Assembly: GCA_963705405.1 (NCBI GenBank)
Contig: CAVPJJ010000003.1
Location: 96,760-160,759 of the forward strand
Length of the DNA: 64,000 nucleotides
DNA from: an uncultured Gammaproteobacteria bacterium
GTDB lineage: Bacteria; Pseudomonadota; Gammaproteobacteria; Steroidobacterales; Steroidobacteraceae
Direction of reading: 5' to 3'
A program made the position numbers and the translations under genes. A model generated the notes under the pieces. The model searched no databases, had not been told where the DNA came from, and saw only the letters and a list, made by a program, of their open reading frames with translations. Below, piece by piece: positions 1 through 9,778 of this stretch (its first letter is position 1; each line of letters opens with the position of its first letter).

Positions 1-533
1 ATATCGAGACTGGCACGTACCCGGACGTCCGTCGCACCTTCGTGCCGGTCAGCTGCATGCACTGCGGCGATCCGCCCTGCATGGACGTCTGCCCGACCCG
101 GGCGACATTCAAGCGTGACGACGGCCTCGTCGGCATCGATTACGGGCTGTGCATCGGCTGCGCCTACTGCGCGGTCGCGTGCCCGTACCAGCAACGCTTC
201 AAGGTGCAGCACCCGGCATTCGCCTATGGCGCCGAACCGAGCCCGGCGGAAGCCGCGCAGTTCGATCCGGCGCGCCTCGGCGTATCGACGAAGTGCAATT
301 TCTGCAGTGACCGCATCGATGCCGCGCGAGGCACCGGGCGAACTCCGGGAATCGACCCGGAAGTGACCCCGGCCTGCGTCAATTCCTGCATTTCGGGCGC
401 GCTGCACTTCGGCGACCGCGACGATCCGCAGAGCAACGTGTCGAGACTGCTGCGCGAAAATGAGTTTTTCCGCATGCATGAGGAGCTCGGCACTGATCCC
501 GGCATGTACTACCTCGTGGACGGCGGGCCATGA
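1..533 (+). CDS. 4Fe-4S ferredoxin-type electron-transfer (beta) subunit of a DMSO-reductase-family molybdoenzyme (DmsB/PadC-like). The 5' end is truncated by the window edge.
   Basis: Track ORF 42..533 stays open upstream to base 3 (IETGTYPDVRRTFVPVSCMHC). It has the Cys clusters CMHCGDPPCMDVCP, CIGCAYCAVACP, CNFCSDR and CVNSC typical of DmsB-type Fe-S subunits. An ATGA stop/start overlap at 530-533 links it to the next ORF. Confidence 0.8.
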   Translation, partial: IETGTYPDVRRTFVPVSCMHCGDPPCMDVCPTRATFKRDDGLVGIDYGLCIGCAYCAVACPYQQRFKVQHPAFAYGAEPSPAEAAQFDPARLGVSTKCNFCSDRIDAARGTGRTPGIDPEVTPACVNSCISGALHFGDRDDPQSNVSRLLRENEFFRMHEELGTDPGMYYLVDGGP

Positions 534-1402
534 GCGCATCGATGTCCGGTTCGGCTGCGCCAGGACGGCAGGGCTTCTGGGATTGGCGGGCGGCCTGCAA
601 CTTCATCTTCGGCGGCGCGGGTGCAGGCACGCTCGTCTGCGCGGCGGTCATGTCAGTCGCCGAGCGCGGGACCGGGCCTGCTCGGCCTCGTACTCGTGTG
701 CTGCGGGCTGCTCTGCGTCTGGTTCGAAATCGGGCGCCCCTGGCGGGCATTGAACGTCTTCCGCCACGCGCGCAGCTCATGGATGTCGCGTGAGTCGATC
801 GTCTGCTGCCGCTATTCGGCGTCGGGCTCGGCGCCGCCTGGTACGGCGGCCGGTGGCTGCCATGGATTACGGCGGCGCTCGCGCTCGCCTATGTCTACAG
901 CCAGGCGCGTATGCTCCAGGGTGCGCGCGGCATCCCGGCGTGGCGCCATCCGCGGGTCGTGCCGCTGATGATCGTGACGGGCCTTGCGGAAGGCACCGGG
1001 CTTTGTATCGTCGCGCAGTTGCTGCTGGATCCGGCAGCGCTGCCGCGCTGGGCGGCGCTGCCGCTGGTCGGCCTGGTGCTGATCCGGGAGCTGGCGTATT
1101 TCACCTATCTGGCGGGTCTGGGTCCCGCCGAGGCACCGATGAAAGCGCGCGCGACGCTTGCGCAGTCTGGACGCTGGCTCATCGGGCTCGATGTGGTTGC
1201 GATCGTCGCCGCGGCGCTCGGAGCGTTCGAACCGCGCTTCGCCTGGGCCGTCGGCCTGGCAGGACTCCTGGCCGCGCTCGCCGGCGCTTGGCTCAAATTG
1301 ACGCTGGTAACCCGCGCGGCATATCACCAGGGCCTCGCGCTCTCGCTCACGCCGGTGCGCGGCTTCGGCACGACGCGGCCGGGCGCCCGGCCGGGCTGGT
1401 AA
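530..1402 (+). pseudogene. DmsC/PadD-like integral-membrane anchor subunit. As written, the frame is broken twice, with compensating shifts near 665 and 800.
   Basis: A hydrophobic DmsC-like sequence runs through ORF 530..793 (MSASMSGSAAPGRQGFWDWRAACNFIFGGAGAGTLV). It continues in the frame of ORF 621..968 (GLLGLVLVCCGLLCVWFEIGRPWRALNVFRHARSSWMSRESIV). It then returns to the first frame, ending as ORF 911..1402 (YVYSQARMLQGARGIPAWRHPRVVPLMIVTGLAEG). The start overlaps the upstream Fe-S gene. Confidence 0.6.
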
Positions 1403-1454
1403 ACAGGATTCACGGAGCGCGGGCCCGCCGCGGGTCGCGCGACCGGAATCGCAT

Positions 1455-4210
1455 TCAGGCAGCAGCGGCTGCGCCCACGCGCCGCACCGCGACACGCACG
1501 AGGTCGGCGCCGGAACCGGTCGCATCGGTCATCTCCAGCGACATCGGCGCGACCGTATTCAGGCTCGGATGGCCCATGTCCTTCGCGTAGGGCGTGGCCC
1601 AGTGGTCAAACTGCCCGACGATGACCAGCGTGTCGGGACGGATCCCCTGCACCGGAATGGCGGGACCGCGCGTCGCTCCGGTGGGCGAGCTGATCTCGAG
1701 CAGGTCGCCGTCGGCGATCCCCAGCCGTTCGGCCGCGGCCGCGTTGATGATGATGCCGCGATGCCCGACGCACGTTGCGCGCGACCTCGTCCATCAACTG
1801 GATCATCGCGTTGCCGCCCGAGTGGTATTGCATGCTCTTGGTCGTGAGCAGCCAGAACGGAAAGTCCTCGGGCCGGTGGCCGCGGCGCACCAGGTCTTCT
1901 TCCCACAGCGCCGGGAAGTCGTGCCATACCGGCAGCGGCCTGGTATTCGCGCAGTTGCCGGTCCCACCAGTGGATGCCGGTTTCGTGCAAGCGAGCGGTG
2001 AGCTCACGGCCGAGCGCGTCAGCCGCTCCTGGTAGGGCAATTCGAAGCGCAGCCCCTGTCGCTTCAGCGTCGGATACAGGTACCAGCCGCTGTGCGGAAC
2101 GGCTCGGTCATCAGCCCGTTTTCCTTGAACCAGTCGAGATCGTGCACTTCCGCGGCCGCCGGTAGATTCGTGGCTGGCCGCCTTGCACACGGCATTCCAG
2201 ATCTCGTCCACTGAGTTGACCCTGGCCGGTGTCCAGCGAAAAATCGCCGCAGTCGCACTCTTCAACCGTACGCCGCAGGCGCCGCGATTGATGGCGGCGT
2301 TGTAGGTCTCGAGCAGCTCGGTGCGCCGCGCAAGTTCGGTCGCGATCCAGGTGAAGTCGCGGGTGTCGCCCTGCGGCGCCACCGCCGGCTGGCGCAGCAC
2401 GAAGCCCTCGTGCAGCCAGAATTGTTCCACGAACTTCGTGCGCCCGAGGCGGATCAGCTGCGTGCTCTCGAGGTCGGTCGCCTCCGGCAGCAGGATGTCC
2501 GCCATGTGATTGGTCTCGTCTGCGTGTAGGCGAAGCAGACCGTGAACGGAAAGGTCGCCATCGTGGCGGCGACCGCGTCGAGTCCCAGAACGAGATGGCG
2601 GGATTGGTGCGATACGCGATCCAGATCTCGGGCTTCGTCGGCCGCTGCCAGTTCTCCGGCACGTCGCTTCTGGAACAGCCAGCCAGGTGCGTCGGGCCCA
2701 GCGCCTGGCTCCAGGCGCCGGCTGCTGCCGCACCAGCGGCACCAGCGTGCGGTGCCCGCTGCGACGTCGGCCTTCTTCAGCCAGGTGTCCTGGTCGGTCG
2801 GGTTGAGGACGTTCTGCATGAAACCGTCGGGGCCCGGTATCGACGCTGGCATGGCGGTTCTCGTGCGGCTTGTTCAGGCGCACCGTCGTGCCCAGCGTTC
2901 CGCCCGGCACTTCGAGCGCGCCGACCAGCACCGCGAGCACGGTGCGCGACCAGCACGCACTCGAACGCGCCCCAGCCGTTGTTGACCGTCTTGCCCAGCG
3001 TCACCGCGACCGGCCGGATACGGCAGCACCTCGCCGTCGATCTCGATCGTCTCGCCGACGCGCGCGTCGTCGAGAAATTCGTCGCGATGCTGCGGATCGT
3101 GGCGGCCGGAACATCGCAGATTCGCCGACGCCCACTCGGGTGGGAACTGCAGCATGTGCACGACCAGGTGCGTAAACGCGGTCTCGGCCACGACGTCGTG
3201 GTGCACCCAGCGCTCGTCGTCGGCGCCGACCTCGATGGCGTGCGCCACCGGCACGCGGCCCTCGAGCAGCGGCACGACATCGGCGTGTCATCGAAGGCCA
3301 CGGCGGCGTCGCGTTCCGGGTCGTCCCACAGCAGCGGCTTGAGGCTGTCGGGATCGCGCAGGTAGTAACCGTGCGGTCCGACGAGGTACGGCGACGAGGT
3401 CGTTCGCGGTCAGGAACTGAGGTCGAGCCGCTCGCGCGGATGCTCGTGCAGCAGACGTGGATCAGCGCGAACATGAAGGCGCCGTCGGTCTTCGGCTTGA
3501 TCGGAACCCACTCGGCGGAGGCGGCCCGGTAGTCGACAGATGCGGCTCGATCTGCACGCGGCGCATGCCGCGCAGCGCGCCGCCGCATGACGCGCCGTGG
3601 CGCCGGCGCCGCCGGTGATCTCGTTGTTGGCGCCGAGCGAGATGTTGAAGTTGCATACGGCGTGTCGGCCGACACGGTGAAGGCGCGGTGCCAGTACTCG
3701 CCGTACAGATGCTCGGAGTGCATGCACTTGACACCCTGGCCGGAGCCGAAGCTGTAGTCCATCGGCCCGAATGCCGAGAGGAACGCCGGGAAGCTGCCCA
3801 TGTAGTGCGCTGGCGTGCCGCCATGGCCGAAGCTGACGGCGACGCGCGGCAGGCCCGGTCTCGTCGCGATGGCCGCGTGCCAGCACGGACTTGAGCTTGT
3901 CCGCCACGGTGTCGAGGGCCTCGTCCCAGGAAATGGGGACGAAGCCGGGATCCTGGTCCCTGCCTTTGCGCGGATTGGTCCGTCTCATCGGCGTCAGGAT
4001 CCGCGCCGGGTGGTAGATCTTCTGGATCAGGCCGTAGGCACGCACACAGGGTTTGCCGTCACCCGGGTGGATGCCGGCGCCCGCGAAGTTCGGCCCGATC
4101 TCGGTGGCGACGCCATCGGTGACCTTGACCGTCAGCAGGTCGGGGCCCGCCACGCAGTTGTAGCAGTAGGTCGGGACCAGTCGCGACGAGGGCGCGGGCG
4201 TTGCTGCCAT
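1455..4210 (-). pseudogene. Molybdopterin oxidoreductase catalytic subunit (DMSO-reductase family, PadB-like), heavily frameshifted.
   Basis: The N-terminus MAATPAPSSRLVPTYCYNCVAGPDLLTVKVTDGVATEIGPNF is preceded by an AGGAGG ribosome-binding site. Enzyme-like segments include VPENWQRPTKPEIWIAYRTNPAISFWDS, FPFWLLTTKSMQYHSGGNAMIQLMDEVARNV and the C-terminal VIVGQFDHWATPYAKDMGHPSLNTV. These segments are scattered over at least nine minus-strand track ORFs in all three frames (3410..4330, 3001..3801, 3462..3824, 2777..3301, 2454..2852, 1606..2940, 2111..2662, 1559..1990, 1455..1652). Confidence 0.7.
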
Positions 4211-4255
4211 GTTCGCCTCCTGTTCCAGAGCGGCCAGGCGTCTGGACTCAAAACA

Positions 4256-4279
4256 GGTAATTCGGTACGATAATACGCC
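4256..4279. promoter_or_regulatory. AT-rich candidate operator GGTAATTCGGTACGATAATACGCC in the divergent region between the Mo-subunit gene and hcrC.
   Basis: It lies in the 170-bp divergent intergenic region 4211..4380. It matches the motif at 10473..10496 at 17 of 24 positions, including 13 of the first 16. It is conspicuously AT-rich against a GC-rich background. Confidence 0.4.
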
Positions 4280-4380
4280 GAGGCCGCGGGCGGGGCAAAC
4301 CCGCCAGGCAGGGAATCTCGACAGCACCATTCGCTACGGGGACCGCCGCGCGGGCGGTCGGCGGCAACCAGGAAGGGAAG

Positions 4381-4875
4381 ATGCGACAGGATCAGCGACC
4401 TCCATCCAGGAAGCGCCTCGTTCGGGTGTGCCTCAATGGTCGCTGGCGCGAGGACGCCGTACCGGATCACCTGCTGCTGGTCGAATACCTGCGCGAGACC
4501 GCCGCGCTTACCGGCACCAAGACGGGTTGCGATGGCGGCGAGTGTGGCGCCTGCATGGTGCTGGTCGACTCGGTGCCCGTACCAGCCTGCATCACGCTCG
4601 CAGTGCGTTGCGACGGGCGCGCGGTGGAGACCATCGAGGGACTCACCGCCGGCGACGGCCTGCACCGGCTGCAGCGCGCCTTCCACGAACACCTTGGCGC
4701 GCAGTGTGGATTCTGCACGCCCGGCATGATCATGTCGGCCGCGGCCTTGCTGCGTCGCAATGCGCGGCCTACCGATGCACAGATCCGCGCGGCGTTGTCC
4801 GGCAACCTGTGCCGCTGCACCGGCTACGTGAAGATCGTCGAGTCCGTGCGCGCTGCTGTGGACGAAGCGCCGTGA
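4381..4875 (+). CDS. hcrC: 4-hydroxybenzoyl-CoA reductase-like small subunit with two [2Fe-2S] centres (xanthine dehydrogenase family).
   Basis: It has the plant-type ferredoxin motif CDGGECGACMV and the second cluster motif CGFCTPG..CRCTGY. A GTGA overlap links it to the large-subunit gene. The order small-large-FAD matches hcrCAB. Confidence 0.8.
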   Translation: MRQDQRPPSRKRLVRVCLNGRWREDAVPDHLLLVEYLRETAALTGTKTGCDGGECGACMVLVDSVPVPACITLAVRCDGRAVETIEGLTAGDGLHRLQRAFHEHLGAQCGFCTPGMIMSAAALLRRNARPTDAQIRAALSGNLCRCTGYVKIVESVRAAVDEAP

Positions 4876-7207
4876 GCGGAAGCGTCTCGTCCCGGGGCTG
4901 GCCACGACCGGGCGTGCCGCTGATCGACGGCATCGACAAGGTCACCGGGCGCGCGTGCTATACGGCCGACCTCGACCATCGCAGGGCGCTGGTCGGGCGG
5001 ATCTTCCGCAGCCCGGTCAGTCATGGAGAAATCCTGCGGCTCGACGTGTCGCGGGCGCGGAGCCTTGAGGGTGTGGTCGCCGTCGTGGTCGGCGAGGACT
5101 GCACGCAAACCTACGGCGTGCTGCCCGTGGCGATGAACGAACATCCGCTCGCGCGCGACAAGGTCCGTTATCGCGGCGAGCCGGTGGCCGCGGTGGCGGC
5201 GGTCGACGCCGAGACCGCGGAGCGGGCGCTCGCGCTGATCGAGTTCGAGGTGCGGAAGTTGCCCGCGCACTATACCGCGGAAGCAGCGCGTGCCGAGAGC
5301 GCCGTGCTCGTTCATGAGAATCGGCCAGGCAACGTGGAACGCGCCGTGCACCACAGCTTCGGCGATCCGGAGGCAGGTTTCGCCGCCGCCGACCTGATCC
5401 GCGACGCGAGCATCGACTGCGCGGAGGTGAACCACGCGCAGATGGAGCCGCACGCAGCCCTCGCGGATTACGATCCTGCGACCGGGCAGCTGACCATGCA
5501 GAGTGTTTCGCAGGTGCCCTTCTACCTGCACATGATGCTGGCACGCTGCTTGCAGATGGACGAGTCGCGGATCCGCGTCATCAAGCCATTCGTCGGCGGC
5601 GGATTCGGAGCACGGGTCGAGGTGCTCAACTTCGAGATCGTCACCGCGCTGCTCGCGCGCGCCGCGCACGGCAAGGTACTGATGCAGCTCACGCGGGAGG
5701 AGAATTTCCTCACGCACCGCGCCCGCCCGCAGACCACGGTGCGGCTCAGGCTGGGAATGCGCCGCGACGGCCGCATCACCGCCTGCGAGTGCGAGGTCGT
5801 GCAGCGCGGCGGCGCCTACGCCGGCTATGGCATCGTCACGATTCTCTATGCCGGCGCCTTGCTGCACGGCTTGTATGCGATTCCGGCAGTCAAGTACGAC
5901 GGCTACCGGGTCTACACGAACCTGCCGCCCTGCGGCGCCATGCGCGGCCATGGCAGCGTCGACACCCGGCATGCGTTCGAAGTGCTGCTCGATCGCATGG
6001 CGCGCGAACTCGGGCTCGATCCGTTTGCCGTTCGCCGCCTCAACCTGCTCCACGCGCCGACCCGCACGCTGAACGACCTGCTGGTCAACAGCTACGGTCT
6101 GCCCGAGTGCCTCGACCGCGTCGAGCGCGCGAGCGGCTGGCGCGAGCGCATCGGACGGCTGCCGCGCGGCAAGGGGCTCGGCATGGCGTGCTCGCACTAC
6201 GTGAGCGGGGCCGCGAAGCCGATTCACTGGACGGGCGAGCCGCATGCAGTCGTGAACCTCAAGCTCGACTGGGACGGCGGCGTGACGGCGTTTACCGGCG
6301 CTCCCGACATCGGCCAGGGGTCCTCGACGATGGTCGCGATCACGGTCGCCGAGACCCTGGGCCTGCCGCTCGAGCGCATTCGCGTCATCGCAGCCGACAG
6401 CGCCATCACGCCCAAGGACAACGGCGCCTATTCCTCGCGCATCACGTTCATGGTCGGCAATGCCGCGATCGATGCCGCGCAGCGCCTCAAGGACCTGCTG
6501 GGCGAAGTGGCCGCGCGCAAGCTGGGCGTGCGGCGCGAGGACGTGTACGCCGCCGCCGGGATGTTCCTCGACCCGCGGCGGCGATTCGACGGCGGTGTCT
6601 TTCGAGGAGATCGCCAGGGCGGCTCTGGTCGGGGAGGGGACACTGACGGTCAAGGGCACGTTCACCTGTCCGCCCGAGTCGCAGGGCGGCAAGCACAAGG
6701 GCGGCGCGGTGGGCGCGACCATGGGCTTCAGCTACGTGGCACAGGTCGTCGAGGCGTCGGTCGATGAGGACACCGGCCAGGTGACGGTCGATCGGGTGTG
6801 GGCCGCGATCGACTGCGGCCACGCGATCAATCCGCTCGCGGTGACTGGCCAGGTCGAGGGCGCGGTGTGGATGGGTATGGGCCAGGCGCTCAGCGAGGAG
6901 ACCTGCTATCTGGACGGGCTGCCGGCGCACGCCAGCCTGCTCGAGTACCGCGTGCCGACCATCATCGAGTCTCCGCCCATCGATGTGCAGATCGTCGAGA
7001 GTCACGATCCACTCGGGCCGTTTCGGCGCCAAGGAAGCGAGCGAAGGGGCGCTGGCCGGCTTCGCGCCGGCGCTCGTGGCGGCTATCGCGAATGCAATTG
7101 GCATCGACCTCGACGAATTGCCGGCCACTCCCGACCGGGTCGTGGAAGCGCTCGTCGCGCGGCGCCGGCGCGGGCGCCTGAAGTCCGCGCAGGAGCCAGC
7201 GCCGTGA
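4872..7207 (+). pseudogene. hcrA: 4-hydroxybenzoyl-CoA reductase-like molybdopterin-binding large subunit. As written, there are two +1 frame breaks near 6580 and 7024.
   Basis: A GTG start at 4872 overlaps the hcrC stop. Xanthine-dehydrogenase-family sequence (GVPLIDGIDKVTGRACYTADL.., ..IKPFVGGGFGARVE..) runs in the frame of ORF 4209..6767. It continues in the frame of ORF 6460..8193 (AVSFEEIARAALVGEGTLTVKGTF..AIDCGHAINP..). It finishes in ORF 6983..7207 (GAKEASEGALAGFAPALVAAIANAIG). The total is about 778 codons. Confidence 0.75.
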
Positions 7208-8193
7208 TCGCCCCTCCCGTGGCGTTTCGGGTCGTCGAGCCCGCGGACATTGACGCGGCGATGGCGGCTCATGCAGGCGAGCCCGGCAGCTGCTACCTGG
7301 GTGGCGGGACCGACCTGCTGGTCAACCTGCGCCGCGGTCTCGGCTCGCCTTCGCTGCTGATCGATCTGCGGGGCATCGCCGAGCTGGACGGGCTGGCCTG
7401 CAAAGCAGGCGCGGCCCGCATCGGTGCGGGCGTCACCCTGGCCCGGATTGCTGCGGATCCGGAGCTTCGTGCGCGCTACCCGGCAATCTGCGAGGCTGCT
7501 GGTGCAGTCGCCGGTCCGGCGCATCGCAACGCTGCGACCGTCGCCGGCAATCTGTGCCTCGACACCCGCTGCATCTACTACAACCAGAGCGAGTGGTGGC
7601 GCAGCGCGAATGCCTACTGCCTGAAGTACCGCGGCGACATGTGTCACGTTGCGCCGCAGGGGCAGCATTGCCACGCCGCCTTCTGCGGCGATCTGGCCCC
7701 GGCGCTGCTAGTGTTCGGCGCCTCGATCGAGGTTGCGGGCCGCGCCGGGCGCCGGCGCATGCCGCTCGCCGAGCTTTACCGGGAAGACGGCCTGGATCAC
7801 CTGACGCTGGCCGCCGGCGAACTCGTGGTCGCGGTGGAATTGCCTGCTGATCCCCCGCATTCCGCCTACGCCAAGCTGCGCGTACGTGGCTCCGTCGACT
7901 TCCCGCTGGCGGGGGTCGCCGTGGCCTTGCGCGCCGAGGAGGGAAAGCTGGCCGCTTTGCGGGTTGCGCTGACCGGCACGAATTCCCGTCCCTTCCTGCT
8001 CGATGGCACTGGCGACCTGCTCGGCCGGCCGCTTGACGCCGATGTGCTGAAACAGCTGGATCGACTTGTGCAGAAGCAGGTCCAGCCAATGCGCACGACC
8101 TTGCTGCAGTCAAATTACCGGCGCGTGGCTGCTGCCGCTCTCGCACGCCGCTTGGCTGTTCGCCTGGCGGCGAACCAGCAAGTTGCACGGTGA
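7204..8193 (+). CDS. hcrB: 4-hydroxybenzoyl-CoA reductase-like FAD-binding medium subunit with an extra Cys-rich ([4Fe-4S]-type) insertion.
   Basis: A GTGA overlap links it to hcrA. It has the FAD-binding GGGTDLLVNLR motif. The insertion CLDTRCIYYNQSEWWRSANAYCLKYRGDMCHVAPQGQHCHAAFCGD follows the NAATVAGNL motif. That position is where only the 4-hydroxybenzoyl-CoA reductase beta subunits of this family carry an Fe-S loop. The second xanthine-dehydrogenase-family FAD subunit at 45298..46165 lacks it. Confidence 0.8.
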   Translation: MIAPPVAFRVVEPADIDAAMAAHAGEPGSCYLGGGTDLLVNLRRGLGSPSLLIDLRGIAELDGLACKAGAARIGAGVTLARIAADPELRARYPAICEAAGAVAGPAHRNAATVAGNLCLDTRCIYYNQSEWWRSANAYCLKYRGDMCHVAPQGQHCHAAFCGDLAPALLVFGASIEVAGRAGRRRMPLAELYREDGLDHLTLAAGELVVAVELPADPPHSAYAKLRVRGSVDFPLAGVAVALRAEEGKLAALRVALTGTNSRPFLLDGTGDLLGRPLDADVLKQLDRLVQKQVQPMRTTLLQSNYRRVAAAALARRLAVRLAANQQVAR

Positions 8194-8459
8194 GCTGCGT
8201 CGGCGGACCTGCGGCTGGCACGCGCAGCTGGACCGCGGCCGACGGGCTGCATCTCGATGTGCGCGGACTCGAATGTCCCCAGCCGCTCGTCGAAGTCCTA
8301 CGTACGATCGACGGCGGCGAGGCCACTACCTTGATCGTGCACTTGGACCAGGAACCGCTGCTGCTGTACCCGGAACTCGAAGATCGCGGATGGAACCATG
8401 AGATGCTGCTCGCAGATTCGGACGGAGTGCAGCTGCGCGTGACCCGCCTGCATCCGTGA
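8190..8459 (+). CDS. DUF2249-domain protein.
   Basis: It is 89 aa and contains LDVRGLECPQPLVEVLRTIDGGEATTLIVHLDQEPLLLYPELEDRGW, which resembles the DUF2249 fold family. The GTG start overlaps the hcrB stop (GTGA). Confidence 0.55.
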   Translation: MSCVGGPAAGTRSWTAADGLHLDVRGLECPQPLVEVLRTIDGGEATTLIVHLDQEPLLLYPELEDRGWNHEMLLADSDGVQLRVTRLHP

Positions 8460-9778
8460 TGCTCGCCGCCCGCCTGATTCGCGGCGCTAGCGGTCGTCTG
8501 CTGCCACCATCGGTGCCGTTACGCTTCTTTGCGATGGCCGTGCTGTCGCACGTCGCGTTCTGGACGGTGCTGTTCGCCATGGGTAAGCAACTCGCTGGCT
8601 TCCGCGGTGGGTTCGCGCCGCTACTCGCCGCCGTCCATCTGTTGACGATCGGCGTGCTGGTGTGTACGGCGATCGGAGCCGCCGTGCAGATTCTTCCCGT
8701 AGTGACGCGTCAGCCGTTGGTCGCGGTCTGGCCCATCCGATTCATATTCTGGCTGTTGTTGCCGGGGCTCGTGCTGCTGGTGGTCGGCTTCTCTGCGATT
8801 CGCCCGGGCCTGGCGAGCGTCGGTGGCGGCATGGTCGCCGCGGGAGTCTGCCTGTTTGCAGTCGTGCTCGCCGACAACCTGCGGCGCACGAAGGATTTGC
8901 CGATCGTGGTGGCCTATGGCTGGGCCGCACTGGTTGCCCTGGTGATCACTGTGCTGCTCGGTGTTGCCCTGACTACCGGTTTCCGCTGGGGTGGAGTGGA
9001 TGATCGCGGTGCGCTGGCGCTCGCGCACCTGATTCTCGGCGGCTTCGGCGGGATGGGACTGTTTGCGCTCGGCTTCAGCCACGTCCTCGTGCCGATGTTT
9101 ACGCTTGCTGCCGTTCCAGATCGTCGGCTCGCGTGGGCCGGATTCGGCACTGCGGTGCTCGCAGTCGCGCTCGGCGCCGCGGGCGCCCTCGGCCGTTCTC
9201 CAGCGTTGCTGTCAGTTGCGGTCGGCTTCGGCCTCGTTGCCAGCGGTATCCACCTGCGGTTGATGCATCAGGCGCGGCGCCTCGGCATGCTGCGGCGCCT
9301 CGGGCTCTCCTTCGTACTGGTGCGCACGGCTTGGGTACTGCTGCCGGCGACGCTGGGTGCAGCGCTGGTCTCCCTGATTTTCGGAAATCCCGCGGTGGGC
9401 CCTCTGCAATTCGGCATCCTGTTGTTTGCGGGCTGGCTGCTGACATTCCTGCTGGGCATCCTGCAGCGGATCCTCCCAATGCTTGTCTCAATGCACGTCG
9501 GACCGGGCTCACGACTGGGACCCGTCTTTGCGGCGGACGGCTTGCGGCGCGTCTCCCTGCGTTTGCACGTCGGATGCCATGCGCTGGCTCTTGCCGGTGT
9601 CATCGCGGGCAGCGCCGCGAATCACGCCCTGCTCGTGCAGGCCGGCTGTGCAATCGGGCTTGTTGGCGCCCTGGCCTACGCCGTGTTCAGCTTTGATGTA
9701 TTGCGCCGGCTCCGGGTGGAAGTCAGTTCGGTTCTCAGATGTACTGTCCCGCATCGACGCGCAGGATCTCCCCGGTGA
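8456..9778 (+). CDS. Polytopic membrane protein of unknown function (about 12 predicted TM helices with His-containing helices, possibly distantly NnrS-like).
   Basis: The 440-aa ORF is hydrophobic throughout. The start (GTG 8456 or ATG 8459) overlaps the DUF2249 stop. The segment LALAHLILGGFGGMGLFALGFSHVLVPMF loosely recalls the HAHEMLFGF region of NnrS. There is no frame break. Confidence 0.55.
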   Translation: MMLAARLIRGASGRLLPPSVPLRFFAMAVLSHVAFWTVLFAMGKQLAGFRGGFAPLLAAVHLLTIGVLVCTAIGAAVQILPVVTRQPLVAVWPIRFIFWLLLPGLVLLVVGFSAIRPGLASVGGGMVAAGVCLFAVVLADNLRRTKDLPIVVAYGWAALVALVITVLLGVALTTGFRWGGVDDRGALALAHLILGGFGGMGLFALGFSHVLVPMFTLAAVPDRRLAWAGFGTAVLAVALGAAGALGRSPALLSVAVGFGLVASGIHLRLMHQARRLGMLRRLGLSFVLVRTAWVLLPATLGAALVSLIFGNPAVGPLQFGILLFAGWLLTFLLGILQRILPMLVSMHVGPGSRLGPVFAADGLRRVSLRLHVGCHALALAGVIAGSAANHALLVQAGCAIGLVGALAYAVFSFDVLRRLRVEVSSVLRCTVPHRRAGSPR

